DNA from: Alphaproteobacteria bacterium
GTDB taxonomy: Bacteria > Pseudomonadota > Alphaproteobacteria > UBA8366
Length of the DNA: 64,000 nucleotides
NCBI GenBank assembly: GCA_965228695.1
Contig: CBDDIB010000002.1
Location: forward strand, 1,497,089 to 1,561,088
Direction: 5' to 3'
The notes beneath the pieces are model-generated. The model was not told where the DNA came from. It was given only the letters and a program-made list of their open reading frames with translations, and searched no databases. Shown piece after piece: positions 1 through 9,017 of this stretch (positions are counted from its first letter, which is position 1; every line of letters begins with the position of its first letter). The position numbers were made by a program, and so were the translations under genes.

Positions 1-708
1 GCCGCTTTAGAGCCAACTTGTAAACGCGTTCCGCGCCGGGGTGATCGCGGTAGCGGACCATCCAGTCGCGCAATTCCTTGTAACGGGAGCGATAGTTGCG
101 GTGCATCAGCCGGTGATATCCCACATGGCCGAGCAACACCTTGTTCGACAATTTCTTGATCAGCTTGTCGGCCTGGCGCCAGCGCCGCCGCTCCTGCAGA
201 TCGAAAATTTGCCGATAGAGAGCAGCGTCCGATGCCGACAGGATGCGCGGCAAATCGACGCCGGACATCGGCGTGGCGTCATGCGCCGGCAAATTGGCGA
301 ATTGCTTCGGGTCCGGTGTCTGCACCACGCCCGCCGCGGTCAACGGCGCCTGCGTTTCGATCGGCGGTTCGGACGCGGGGAATTCTCCGGTCGCCTCGGC
401 GGCCTGATCGGCATTCTCGCCGGCGGCGCGATAGTCTTCGTCCGCGTTGGCGGCTCTTTTTCGTGCGTCTTCGGCGGCCCGGATGCGGGCGGCTTCGTCC
501 CGGGAAAGTTGACGCAGCATCGAGCGGACCGAGCTTGTCGGCACGGAAACGTCCGTGTCCGGCGTGGTCATCAGAAAGCCGGGCACCGGCTTATCGCTGG
601 AATCGTAAAATTCCAAATCCTCCGTCGCGGATGCGGCGGCGGTAAAGCTGATCGCCGAAAACAGGGCGATCAAACGGACGGCGTCGCGCGTTTGCGTGAA
701 CCTTGGCA
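1..708 (-). CDS. soluble lytic murein transglycosylase (Slt-like), N-terminal part; continues past pos 1; apparent 1-nt frameshift after codon 16
   Basis: Own translation of the minus strand. ATG at 708 reads MPRFTQTRDAVRLIAL. The frame that stays open down to pos 1 reads SAISFTAAASATEDLEFYDSSDKPVPGFLMTTPDTDVSV ... RQADKLIKKLSNKVLLGHVGYHRLMHRNYRSRYKELRDWMVRYRDHPGAERVYKLALKR. I associate this pattern with the N-terminal superhelical domain of Slt70-type enzymes. It is absent from the ORF track because no stop lies inside the window. The track ORF 41..757 (+) is its antisense shadow. Confidence 0.55.
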
Positions 709-852
709 TGGTCATTATGAAGGGGTTTTGATCCCCTGCTCCCCTAAGTCTTTATGAGTAGAATTATCGCGAATTTCTACTCAAATCGCAAGCATTGGGG
801 ATAAATAATTAGTATAGATTTGTTAATAACTGCTTTACTAAAGAGAATATGG

Positions 853-1743
853 TTAATTATTATTAATAATTTCATTTAATTTTGAACGAAGACTAAGTAA
901 ATCACACCAAGATTCTCTTTTTTGACCTGGTTGCCGCAACAAATACGCGGGATGGAAGGTCGCAATAGCTGGTATCGACGCGTCAAGGCCCGGTGAATAG
1001 TGCTCGTACCACTTGCCGCGCAGGCGCATGATGCCTTCGGTACGGTCGAGCATTGTCTTGGCCGCGGTACCGCCGAGGTAGACCAATACCTTCGGCGCGG
1101 CGAGTTCGATATGCCGGCGGATGAAGGGCATGCAGGCCGCGATTTCCGCGGTGGTCGGGCTTCGATTGCCCGGCGGCCGCCAGAACAAGATGTTGGAGAT
1201 ATAGGCGCCCTTGTCGCCATGTTCGCCGCGCGCCAAACCGATCGGGGCCAGCATTTGGTCCAGCAATTTGCCGCTGGCGCCGACGAAGGGCTTGCCCCGC
1301 CGGTCCTCTTCCACGCCGGGCGCTTCGCCGACGAACATCACCGCGGAGTCGGCATGGCCGTCGGAAAACACCGTGTTGGTCGCGGTGAATTTCAGGGCGC
1401 AGCCCTCGAAGGCGGCGACGGCTTCCCGCAACTCGTCCAGTGTCTTGGCGGCCGCCGCGGCGCTCGATGCATCCGCCGCTCCCTGTGCCGGCGCCACCAG
1501 ATCCGGTGAGGCCGCGACCGCTGGGCGCGTTTGCGCGGATTGCGACGCGGCGTTGGGCGGGGACGCATGGCTTTCCGTATGCTGCGGCGGGGCGGCTTGG
1601 GTCTGGGTCGGGGCAGGCGGCGGCGCGGCGAATCGATCGATCGGCTCGTCGGCGATCGCTTCATCCGCGCCCATCTCGGTGAGCCAGCGCAGCGCCGCTT
1701 CGGGGCTCAGTTCCGGGGGCATATCGCGGTCGTTTCCGGCCAT
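853..1743 (-). CDS. uracil-DNA glycosylase, family 4, with Pro/Ala-rich N-terminal extension
   Basis: Motifs GEAPGVEEDRRGKPFVGASGKLLD and FHPAYLLRQP. The track start at 1776 is TTG. I prefer ATG at 1743 (MAGNDRD...), which is preceded by GAGGA. Confidence 0.85.
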   Translation of the reverse strand: MAGNDRDMPPELSPEAALRWLTEMGADEAIADEPIDRFAAPPPAPTQTQAAPPQHTESHASPPNAASQSAQTRPAVAASPDLVAPAQGAADASSAAAAAKTLDELREAVAAFEGCALKFTATNTVFSDGHADSAVMFVGEAPGVEEDRRGKPFVGASGKLLDQMLAPIGLARGEHGDKGAYISNILFWRPPGNRSPTTAEIAACMPFIRRHIELAAPKVLVYLGGTAAKTMLDRTEGIMRLRGKWYEHYSPGLDASIPAIATFHPAYLLRQPGQKRESWCDLLSLRSKLNEIINNN

Positions 1744-1842
1744 GCTGATCCGTCCTCGCTCGGGACTCTCTACCAAAATAGACTACATTGCTATAGACAT
1801 CGGCCAACAACGATTACAGTGCACTAGACGAGGCGGACGAAA

Positions 1843-3489
1843 ATGGAACGGGACTCCATGGAATATGATGTCGTCATCGTCGGCGGCGGCCCGGCGGGGC
1901 TGGCGGCGGCGATACGGCTGAAGCAACTGTGTGGAGAGCAGGAAAAGGACGTGAATGTCTGCCTGATCGAGAAGGGCTCCGAGGTGGGCGCTCATATCCT
2001 GTCGGGCGCGGTTCTCGAAACGCGCGCGCTGGACGAGTTGATCCCCGACTGGTCCGACAAGGGTGCGCCGCTGAACACGCCCGTGACCGACGAGACGTTC
2101 ATGTTCTTGTCGGAGACCGGCGGGTTTTCGATCCCGAACTTCTTGCTGCCGCTGCCGATGCACAACAAGGGCAACTACATCATCAGCCTCGGGAACCTGT
2201 GCCGCTGGCTCGGCGAGCAGGCGGAAGCGCTTGGCGTTGAAATTTATCCCGGCTTCGCGGCGTCCGAGGTTCTGTACGACGACAGCGGCGCGGTGCGCGG
2301 GGTGGCGACCGGCGATATGGGCATCACCCGCGACGGCGAACAGGGCCCGAACTATCAGCCGGGCATGGAACTGCACGCGAAATACACCTTCTTCGCCGAA
2401 GGGTGCCGCGGGCACCTCGGCAAGGAGCTGATGGAAAAATTCAATCTCCGCGACGGCGTGGAAGCGCAGACCTACGGCATCGGCTTGAAGGAGCTGTGGG
2501 AGGTCGAGCCGGAAAACCATCAGGAAGGCCTCGTCGTGCACACCGCCGGCTGGCCGATGGACCGCGGGACTTATGGCGGCTCGTTCCTGTACCATTTGGA
2601 AAACAACATGGTGTCGGTCGGATTTGTCGTCGGGCTGGACTACGAAAATCCATTCCTGTCGCCCTACGACGAATTCCAGCGGTTCAAGACGCATCCCAAG
2701 ATCCGCGGCACTTTCGAAGGCGGCCGCCGCGTCGCCTATGGCGCGCGGGCAATCAACGAAGGCGGGCTGCAATCGCTGCCGAAAATGTCCTTCCCCGGCG
2801 GTTTGCTGATCGGCTGCGACGCCGGCACCGTGAACATGCCCAAGATCAAGGGATCCCATACCGCGATGAAGTCGGGCATGATCGCCGCCGAGTTGGCGTT
2901 CGAGTCCCTGACCGGCGGTACGGCGGAACCCGAACTGTCCGGATATGGCGATGCCTTCCGCGCCTCCTGGGCCTACAAGGAATTGCACGAGGCCCGCAAC
3001 GTGCGGCCGGCGTTCAAATGGGGCCTGCTCGGCGGCACGCTCTATACCGGCATCGACCAGGTGTTGTTGCGCGGCAAGGCCCCCTGGACCCTGAGCCATG
3101 GGCATGCGGATCACGAGACGCTGCGCAAGGCCGCGGATAGCAAGCCGATCGACTATCCGAAGCCGGACGGTAAGATCACCTTCGATAAGTTGACCAACCT
3201 GTCCTTCTCGGCGACCAATCATGAAGAGGACCAGCCGGGCCATTTGAAGCTCGTGGACGATTCTGTGCCGATCGAGATCAACTTGGCCGAATACGATGCG
3301 CCGGAACAGCGTTATTGCCCGGCCGGGGTGTATGAGATCGTGCGCGAGGATGACGGCTCCAATCCGCGCCTGCAGATCAATGCGCAGAACTGCGTTCATT
3401 GTAAGACCTGCGACATCAAGGATCCGACCCAGAACATCAAATGGGTGGTGCCGGAGGGCGGCGGCGGGCCGAATTACCCCAATATGTAG
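1843..3489 (+). CDS. electron-transfer flavoprotein:ubiquinone oxidoreductase (ETF-QO)
   Basis: N-terminal FAD fold [25 protein letters not shown]-terminal 4Fe-4S region CPAGVYE...[13 protein letters not shown]. Full length for the family. The 579-aa minus ORF 1783..3522 is its antisense shadow. Confidence 0.95.
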   Translation: MERDSMEYDVVIVGGGPAGLAAAIRLKQLCGEQEKDVNVCLIEKGSEVGAHILSGAVLETRALDELIPDWSDKGAPLNTPVTDETFMFLSETGGFSIPNFLLPLPMHNKGNYIISLGNLCRWLGEQAEALGVEIYPGFAASEVLYDDSGAVRGVATGDMGITRDGEQGPNYQPGMELHAKYTFFAEGCRGHLGKELMEKFNLRDGVEAQTYGIGLKELWEVEPENHQEGLVVHTAGWPMDRGTYGGSFLYHLENNMVSVGFVVGLDYENPFLSPYDEFQRFKTHPKIRGTFEGGRRVAYGARAINEGGLQSLPKMSFPGGLLIGCDAGTVNMPKIKGSHTAMKSGMIAAELAFESLTGGTAEPELSGYGDAFRASWAYKELHEARNVRPAFKWGLLGGTLYTGIDQVLLRGKAPWTLSHGHADHETLRKAADSKPIDYPKPDGKITFDKLTNLSFSATNHEEDQPGHLKLVDDSVPIEINLAEYDAPEQRYCPAGVYEIVREDDGSNPRLQINAQNCVHCKTCDIKDPTQNIKWVVPEGGGGPNYPNM

Positions 3490-3566
3490 GGCAACCGATT
3501 GGCGCTGTTGGCGCTGCGGCAAGTCGGGTAGTATCGCGCCGGAATACCCCTGCCGGAGAGTTGTAT

Positions 3567-5408
3567 ATGGTGCCGGATTGGGTCATTTTTCATGCCATGA
3601 GTGCAAAGAGGATCTTGGATAAGCCCATGCTGCGCACACGGATAGGGTATCGGACGGCCGCCATGAGGGCGGTGCTCGCCACGATGGTCGGCGGCGCGTT
3701 GATCGCCTGCACACCGGACGAAGAAACCAGCAGCCAGGATGTCGCCGATGTCGGCCGCTCGGCGATAAAGTTGAAGGGTACGCCGGCCGAAGGGTCCGTC
3801 TTCGGGAGCTTCCTGGCCGGCCGTTTCGCCGAGAGCGAAGCCGACCTCTCCTTCGCCGCCAGTATGATGGAGCGCGTCCTCGAGGAAAATCCGGACGACG
3901 CCCGCATACTGCGCCGCGCCTTCATCTTGACCCTCGGCGCCGGCAAGCCGAAACGCGCATCCGAACTTGCGAAACGCTATCTCGACGGCGGCGGGACGCT
4001 GACATCCGCATCACTGCTGGTCGCCGCGCAGGATTTGAAATCGGGCGAAAACGATGCCGCTCTGGCGCGGATCGAGGCGTTGCCGAACAGCGGTCTCGGC
4101 CGGTTCGCCAAGCCGCTCGGACGGTCCTGGCTGCTCGCCGCCAAGAAGGATTACGATGGCGCGCTGAAGGCGCTCGGCGAACTCGAAAAGGAAAAAGGGT
4201 TCGAGGCGATGGCGGGCCTCCATTCGGGACTAATCGAGGAACAGGCCGGCCGCCCCGACGCGGCGGAGAAACGCTACCGGAAGCTCGCGGAAAATCCGAA
4301 GGAGGCCGCGTCGCGCGTGGTTCGGGTCCTGGCGTCGCTGTTGCAGCGCACCGGCAAGGCGGACGAAGCCCGCAAGGTGATCGAAGCGAAGCTGGAGCAC
4401 ACCCCCGAAAGCATGATCCTCCTCGAAGATCTGCAGCGCCTGGAAGACGGCAAGAAGCTGCCGCATCTCGTGTCGACGCCGGTGCAGGGATTCGCCGAAG
4501 GATTGTTCAACATCGCGTCGGCGCTGCCGCGCGACCGGGCGGAGAATATCGTTCTGCTGTACGGGCGTATCGCGCTCGACCTGGAGCCGACATTTTCGCT
4601 CAGCAGCCTGTTGGTCGGCGACGTGCTGGTCTCGCGGGAGCGCTTCAACGAAGCGATCAAAGTCTATCGCGACGTGCCGAAGGACACCGCTTATGGTTGG
4701 TCCGCGCAGCTTCGCATCGCCGATGCCTTGTACGAGTTGGAGAAGCTGGACGAAGCGACGGCGCATCTGGAAGAAATGGCCAAGCAGCGGCCGAACCGTA
4801 TGGATATGCTGCTGAAACTCGGCAACTACCTGCGGTACAAGGAAAAGTTCACCGAAGCCGTGAAGGCCTACGATCGCGCCTTTGAGCGGCTTAAGGATCC
4901 CGGCCGTCGGCATTGGACGCTGTACTACTCCCGCGGCATCGCGCTGGAACGGTCCAAGCAATGGGAGCGCGCCGAAAAGGATTTCCTGAAAGCGCTCGAG
5001 TTCGAGCCGGAACAGCCCTATGTGCTCAACTACCTGGGATATTCCTGGGTCGAGCAGGGTAAGAATATCGACCAGGCCCGCGACATGATCCAGCGCGCGG
5101 TGCAGCAGCGGCAGAACGATGGCTATATCGTCGATAGTATGGGCTGGGTGTTATACCGGCTCGGCAACTACAAGGAAGCCGTCACCCAGTTGGAACGGGC
5201 GGTGCAGTTGCGGCCGCAGGATCCGGTGATCAACGATCATCTCGGCGATGCCTATTGGCGGGTCGGCAGGCGGCACGAGGCGCGCTTCCAGTGGCGCCGC
5301 GCCCTCAGCTTCAAGCCGACGGACGAGAACAAGGAAAAGATCGAAAGCAAGCTCAAGGAAGGCTTGGGTGATCCCGAACCGCTCGGTAAACCGGATAAGA
5401 ATGGATGA
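3567..5408 (+). CDS. TPR-repeat lipoprotein
   Basis: ATG at 3567 lies 6 nt after GGAGAG. The track start 3441 would overlap ETF-QO. Lipobox-like GGALIAC. Multiple TPR-like repeats, e.g. YSRGIALERSKQWERAEKDFLKALEFEP. Its stop overlaps the ispE start (ATGA at 5405-5408). Confidence 0.75.
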   Translation: MVPDWVIFHAMSAKRILDKPMLRTRIGYRTAAMRAVLATMVGGALIACTPDEETSSQDVADVGRSAIKLKGTPAEGSVFGSFLAGRFAESEADLSFAASMMERVLEENPDDARILRRAFILTLGAGKPKRASELAKRYLDGGGTLTSASLLVAAQDLKSGENDAALARIEALPNSGLGRFAKPLGRSWLLAAKKDYDGALKALGELEKEKGFEAMAGLHSGLIEEQAGRPDAAEKRYRKLAENPKEAASRVVRVLASLLQRTGKADEARKVIEAKLEHTPESMILLEDLQRLEDGKKLPHLVSTPVQGFAEGLFNIASALPRDRAENIVLLYGRIALDLEPTFSLSSLLVGDVLVSRERFNEAIKVYRDVPKDTAYGWSAQLRIADALYELEKLDEATAHLEEMAKQRPNRMDMLLKLGNYLRYKEKFTEAVKAYDRAFERLKDPGRRHWTLYYSRGIALERSKQWERAEKDFLKALEFEPEQPYVLNYLGYSWVEQGKNIDQARDMIQRAVQQRQNDGYIVDSMGWVLYRLGNYKEAVTQLERAVQLRPQDPVINDHLGDAYWRVGRRHEARFQWRRALSFKPTDENKEKIESKLKEGLGDPEPLGKPDKNG

Positions 5409-6277
5409 ACGGTCGGGATGCCGGCGTTGTCGCGGTTGAGGCGCCCGCCAAGGTAAATCTCTATCTGCACGTTACCGCCCGCCGGTCGGACGGATATCAT
5501 GAACTCGATACGCTTATGGTGTTCACGGAACTGGGCGACCGGCTGACCGTGGCGCCGTCCGACGGTTTGTCGCTGGCGGTGGAGGGACCGTTCGCCGGAA
5601 ACCTGCCCCCGGACAGCGAAAACAATCTGGTGATGAAGGCGGCACGGGCCTTGGCCGACGCTGCCGGCGTCGCGCCGACCGCGGCGATGACGTTGACGAA
5701 GAATCTGCCGGTCTCTGCCGGGCTGGGCAGCGGATCGTCCGACGCGGCCGCCGCGCTGAAGGCATTGGCGCGCCATTGGGACATTCCCGCGGGGAGCGTG
5801 GACCTGGCCAAGGTCGGTCTTGGGCTCGGCTCGGACATCCCGGGTTGCCTCGAAGCCCGGTCGATTTTCGTCAGCGGTATCGGCGACCGTATCGAGCCGA
5901 CGCCACCGTTGCCGCCGGTCGACATGCTTTTGGTGAACCCGGGCGTTCAGCTTTCCACCAAATCGGTGTTCGAGGCCCGCAAGGGCGGGTTTTCGCCCGA
6001 GGCGCGCTTCGGCAAGGCGCCGGGCAATGTTCGCGCCCTCGCCGATTTGCTGGAATCACGGACGAACGATCTGACGGATCCGGCGGTCCGGTTGAGCCCG
6101 ATCATCGAGGAAGTGCTGGCGGCGATCGATTCGGCGCCCGGCTGCCGGCTCGCCCGTATGTCCGGCAGTGGCGCCACCTGTTTCGGCCTGTTCGACGATG
6201 CCGAAACCGCCACTCGGGCAAAGGAGCAAATCCAGCGCGAGAATTGGTGGTCCGCCGCAACGCGGTTGGCCGGCTGA
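5405..6277 (+). CDS. ispE: 4-diphosphocytidyl-2-C-methyl-D-erythritol kinase
   Basis: APAKVNLYLHVTARRSDGYHELDTLMVF and GHMP-kinase motif PVSAGLGSGSSDAAAAL. Confidence 0.9.
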   Translation: MNGRDAGVVAVEAPAKVNLYLHVTARRSDGYHELDTLMVFTELGDRLTVAPSDGLSLAVEGPFAGNLPPDSENNLVMKAARALADAAGVAPTAAMTLTKNLPVSAGLGSGSSDAAAALKALARHWDIPAGSVDLAKVGLGLGSDIPGCLEARSIFVSGIGDRIEPTPPLPPVDMLLVNPGVQLSTKSVFEARKGGFSPEARFGKAPGNVRALADLLESRTNDLTDPAVRLSPIIEEVLAAIDSAPGCRLARMSGSGATCFGLFDDAETATRAKEQIQRENWWSAATRLAG

Positions 6278-6369
6278 GTCGGGCCGATCGGGAAGCGGGC
6301 CGCCGCGATGGTGATTGCGACCGAACGTCTTGCCGTGCGTCGCGTTCGCCTCTATGTTTCCGCCGCCGT

Positions 6370-6443
6370 TGGGGCGTAGCCAAGCGGTAAGGCAACGGGT
6401 TTTGATCCCGTGATCGCAGGTTCGATCCCTGCCGCCCCAGCCA
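6370..6443 (+). tRNA. tRNA-Gln (anticodon TTG), CCA encoded
   Basis: TGGGGCGTAGCCAAGCGGTAAGGCAACGGGTTTTGATCCCGTGATCGCAGGTTCGATCCCTGCCGCCCCAGCCA. The 7-bp acceptor stem TGGGGCG/CGCCCCA pairs. The anticodon loop is TTTTGAT. The T-arm is GGTTCGATCC. Closely resembles E. coli tRNA-Gln as I remember it. Confidence 0.9.
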
Positions 6444-6498
6444 CTCCTTCGTCAAATCCTACCGGGACCGACCGTTTCGAGGTCGGCCGGATTGACGC

Positions 6499-8055
6499 TC
6501 ACGCAACCGTCGCGCTGTCGCTGTTGCCGGCGTCGAATTCGGTACTTGTCCATATCACCCGTTCCGCTGGGAAGCCGATCGATACGGTTGTGCCGATTCC
6601 GACGGTACTGTCGATTGACATCGTGGCGTCGTGCAGTTTCACCAAAGATGCGACCAACGGTAAGCCCAATCCCGCCCCTTCGATATTGCGCGTATGCGCA
6701 TTGTTCGCGCGTTCGAACGGCGCCATGAGTCGGCTGATGTCGGTTTCGGAAATGCCGACGCCGGTATCGGTGATGGTAATCTCGAGGCTGCCGTCGCTCT
6801 CAACATTCACGCTGAGCAACACGCGGCCTTCCTCATCGGTAAATTTTACGGCGTTGGTCAGCAGGTTGAGAACAATTTGGCGCAATGCGCGTTCGTCGGC
6901 GCGCAATGCCGGCAGGTTCTCTGGAAAGCGGGCGTCGAGCTGCAGTTTGCCGGCGCGTGCTTGGCCTTGGACAAGACGCATCGCGGTCGAAACGATTGCG
7001 CGAAGATCCACGTCCTCCTCGAAGAGTTCATATTTACGGGCTTCGATTTTGGACAGATCAAGAAGCACATTGATGAGGTCGAGGAGGTAAAGACCGCTGT
7101 CGCGGATGTCGTTTACATACCCTTCGTAGCGGTTGTTTTTAAGTGGTCCGTGCACTTCGCTCACCATCGCTTCGGAAAATCCGTTGATTGCGTTCAACGG
7201 CGTACGCAACTCGTGACTCATGTTTGCGAGAAATTCCGATTTGCTGTGGTTCGCTTGTTCGGCGGTCTCCTTGGCCAATCTCAATTCTTCATTGTGCTGC
7301 TGCGCTTTATCCAGATGGGCGCGCTCTTGGACGACAAGGCGCGTCAGCCGGCGCAGCAGGAAAGCAAACATCCACAGGCCGGTGATGACTCCAATAACCA
7401 TGAACGCGTAGAGACCGAAATGGCGCGCGTTATCCAAGATGGAGAGTGTCGGGAGACCAACCTGAACGCTTTGCACCCCGCGCAGGTCACCGACTGCCCA
7501 GTTGGTTTTCGGGCTGTCCTTCCGGCTGTTGTGGCAAGCGACGCAGCTTGCGCCCATACGAACAGGCGCCGCGTAGCGCAAAATCTGCACGCCGTCGATG
7601 TGTTCGACCCGAACGAAGTGATCCTTATCGCCCTGCTGCAGGGCCTTCAACGCGTCTGATTCGAACGCGTCCCGCGGTCCCCCATCAATCCGCCAGGGAA
7701 ACGGGTATGCACTGTAGAACCGGAATTTACCGCCTTCGGAAGTTTGGCTCACACGTTCGCCGAGCTCAATCGAGAGGGTTGCCGGCAGCGGAATGGCGCC
7801 GTCGCTATCGTGATAGGCGTGCGTGACGGTAGCGCCTCCTTTACGTGCACGAGGCACGATCTCGGAAGAATAGAAATCGCGAATACTCGCCATGGCGTCG
7901 GAATACGCTTCCGCACTCTTGTGCGCCGTGTTGTAGGCGATCTTGTCCGATATTGAGGAAATCTGAACGACGACCAGGACGAATCCGACGGCCGCGAAAA
8001 AAGAAAGCGCCTGGATCGGTCGGTGGGTCAGAATGTCAGAAAACCAATGTGTCAT
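6499..8055 (-). CDS. sensor histidine kinase with periplasmic CXXCH (heme-c type, DUF3365/Tll0287-like) domain
   Basis: TM1 IQALSFFAAVGFVLVVV. Periplasmic domain containing CVACH (codons at 7531-7545, checked in the DNA). TM2 FGLYAFMVIGVITGLWMFAFLL. H-box SHELRTPLNAI. N/G boxes NLLTNAVKFT, DTGVGI, GAGLGLPLV. No response regulator is adjacent. Confidence 0.9.
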   Translation of the reverse strand: MTHWFSDILTHRPIQALSFFAAVGFVLVVVQISSISDKIAYNTAHKSAEAYSDAMASIRDFYSSEIVPRARKGGATVTHAYHDSDGAIPLPATLSIELGERVSQTSEGGKFRFYSAYPFPWRIDGGPRDAFESDALKALQQGDKDHFVRVEHIDGVQILRYAAPVRMGASCVACHNSRKDSPKTNWAVGDLRGVQSVQVGLPTLSILDNARHFGLYAFMVIGVITGLWMFAFLLRRLTRLVVQERAHLDKAQQHNEELRLAKETAEQANHSKSEFLANMSHELRTPLNAINGFSEAMVSEVHGPLKNNRYEGYVNDIRDSGLYLLDLINVLLDLSKIEARKYELFEEDVDLRAIVSTAMRLVQGQARAGKLQLDARFPENLPALRADERALRQIVLNLLTNAVKFTDEEGRVLLSVNVESDGSLEITITDTGVGISETDISRLMAPFERANNAHTRNIEGAGLGLPLVASLVKLHDATMSIDSTVGIGTTVSIGFPAERVIWTSTEFDAGNSDSATVA

Positions 8056-8327
8056 AACGATAATTTTTTTGCTTAGCCAAGGCGGGTCGACATCCCCTTG
8101 AGGTCTAGTGCGCCGAAATTTTCCGACGCTTGGTGCCGTGGGCGACCTAGATATGATGTATACGTCGTAATTATTGATGAACCTGTATTGAATACACTTT
8201 GCAGTAGAAACCTTGAATGAACCGTTAATGGTTCAAGTCGAATGGCCGCCCTAAATCGGTTTTGGGATGACGTATCGTGAGATTCTATCTCACTGAATTT
8301 CAAGGATTTCTAACTATAATACCCGCG

Positions 8328-8972
8328 CTAATCCAACGCCCGTGCGATCGCGCGAATGGCGGCGGGGACCGGTTCGATCAGCGGTATCGCCATCCTTGGC
8401 GCCAGTGTCTTGGCGGCTTGGGCCAAGGGGCCACCGCCGATCACCACCGCCTCCGCGCCGTCGTTCACGCAACGCTGAATGGCGCTTGCGAGCGCATCGG
8501 CCAGCCGGGCCGGGTCGGCCATATTGTAGGACGCATCGCCGTCGGTAAGGCGGGTCGACACGAACTGCGCCGCGACGCCGTAAGCCTCGGCGCGTTTCCG
8601 GATGGCGGCTTCGAGACCGGGCAGCGTGGTGGCAACGCCGAATCGCCTCCCGCCGGCGGCGGCTTCGGTCATGCCGGCCTCGGCGATACCCGTCACCGGT
8701 ACGGGCAGGCTTTGCCGTGCTGCGTCGAGGCCTGGATCGCCGAAGGCCGAAATGACGTAGCCGTCCGCGTTGTCCTCGATCGAGGCCAGCAATGCCGCGA
8801 CTGCGTTCGCGGCGCTCTTCAAGCCGGCCTCGTCGGTAATCAGTGGCGGGCCTTCGTTGACGGTGGCGCCGGTCACGGTGATCCCTGATGGCGCCGCGGC
8901 CTGGGCGATGTCCGCCATCAAGCGCGTCGTCGTTGTATTGGTGTTGGGGTTGATCAGCGTGATGCGGCGCAT
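8328..8972 (-). CDS. Asp/Glu/hydantoin-racemase-fold protein (non-canonical: single Cys)
   Basis: MRRITLINPNTNTTTT...YVISAFGDPGLDAAR...AVVIGGGPLAQ resembles PF01177-type proteins (hydantoin racemase/Dcg1-like). Lies 45 nt downstream of the TPR::ATP-grasp gene on the same strand. Confidence 0.7.
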   Translation of the reverse strand: MRRITLINPNTNTTTTRLMADIAQAAAPSGITVTGATVNEGPPLITDEAGLKSAANAVAALLASIEDNADGYVISAFGDPGLDAARQSLPVPVTGIAEAGMTEAAAGGRRFGVATTLPGLEAAIRKRAEAYGVAAQFVSTRLTDGDASYNMADPARLADALASAIQRCVNDGAEAVVIGGGPLAQAAKTLAPRMAIPLIEPVPAAIRAIARALD

Positions 8973-9017
8973 GGCGTGTTCCGGGAGGGCTGTTCTTGCC
9001 GATCCATCGTGCCGGCG

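Noticed and set aside
1783-3522. 579-aa minus-strand ORF
   Set aside because: It is exactly antisense to the clearly recognisable ETF-QO gene. The composition is Arg/Ala/Gly-rich shadow-frame with no motifs. This is a typical high-GC antisense artefact. The same reasoning applies to 41..757(+), 4230..4961(-), 14537..15289(-), 15751..16752(-), 19198..20079(-), 24831..25724(-), 26411..27592(-), 39925..41142(+), 41171..42226(+), 42131..43384(-), 44020..44934(-), 48122..49153(+), 54788..55741(+), 56681..57529(+) and similar.
6444-6498. Hairpin CCGACC-GTTTCGA-GGTCGG (6468-6486) between tRNA-Gln and the kinase stop, considered as a bidirectional terminator; also the idea that tRNA-Gln marks a genomic island
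   Set aside because: The stem is only 6 bp with no U-run on either strand. No integrase, and no direct repeat of the tRNA 3' end that I could spot, flanks the downstream genes.
8073-8303. 76-aa ORF in the AT-rich region upstream of the histidine kinase
   Set aside because: It lies entirely in low-GC intergenic DNA, has no SD or motif, and its codon usage is unlike the neighbouring genes. I treat it as part of the regulatory leader.
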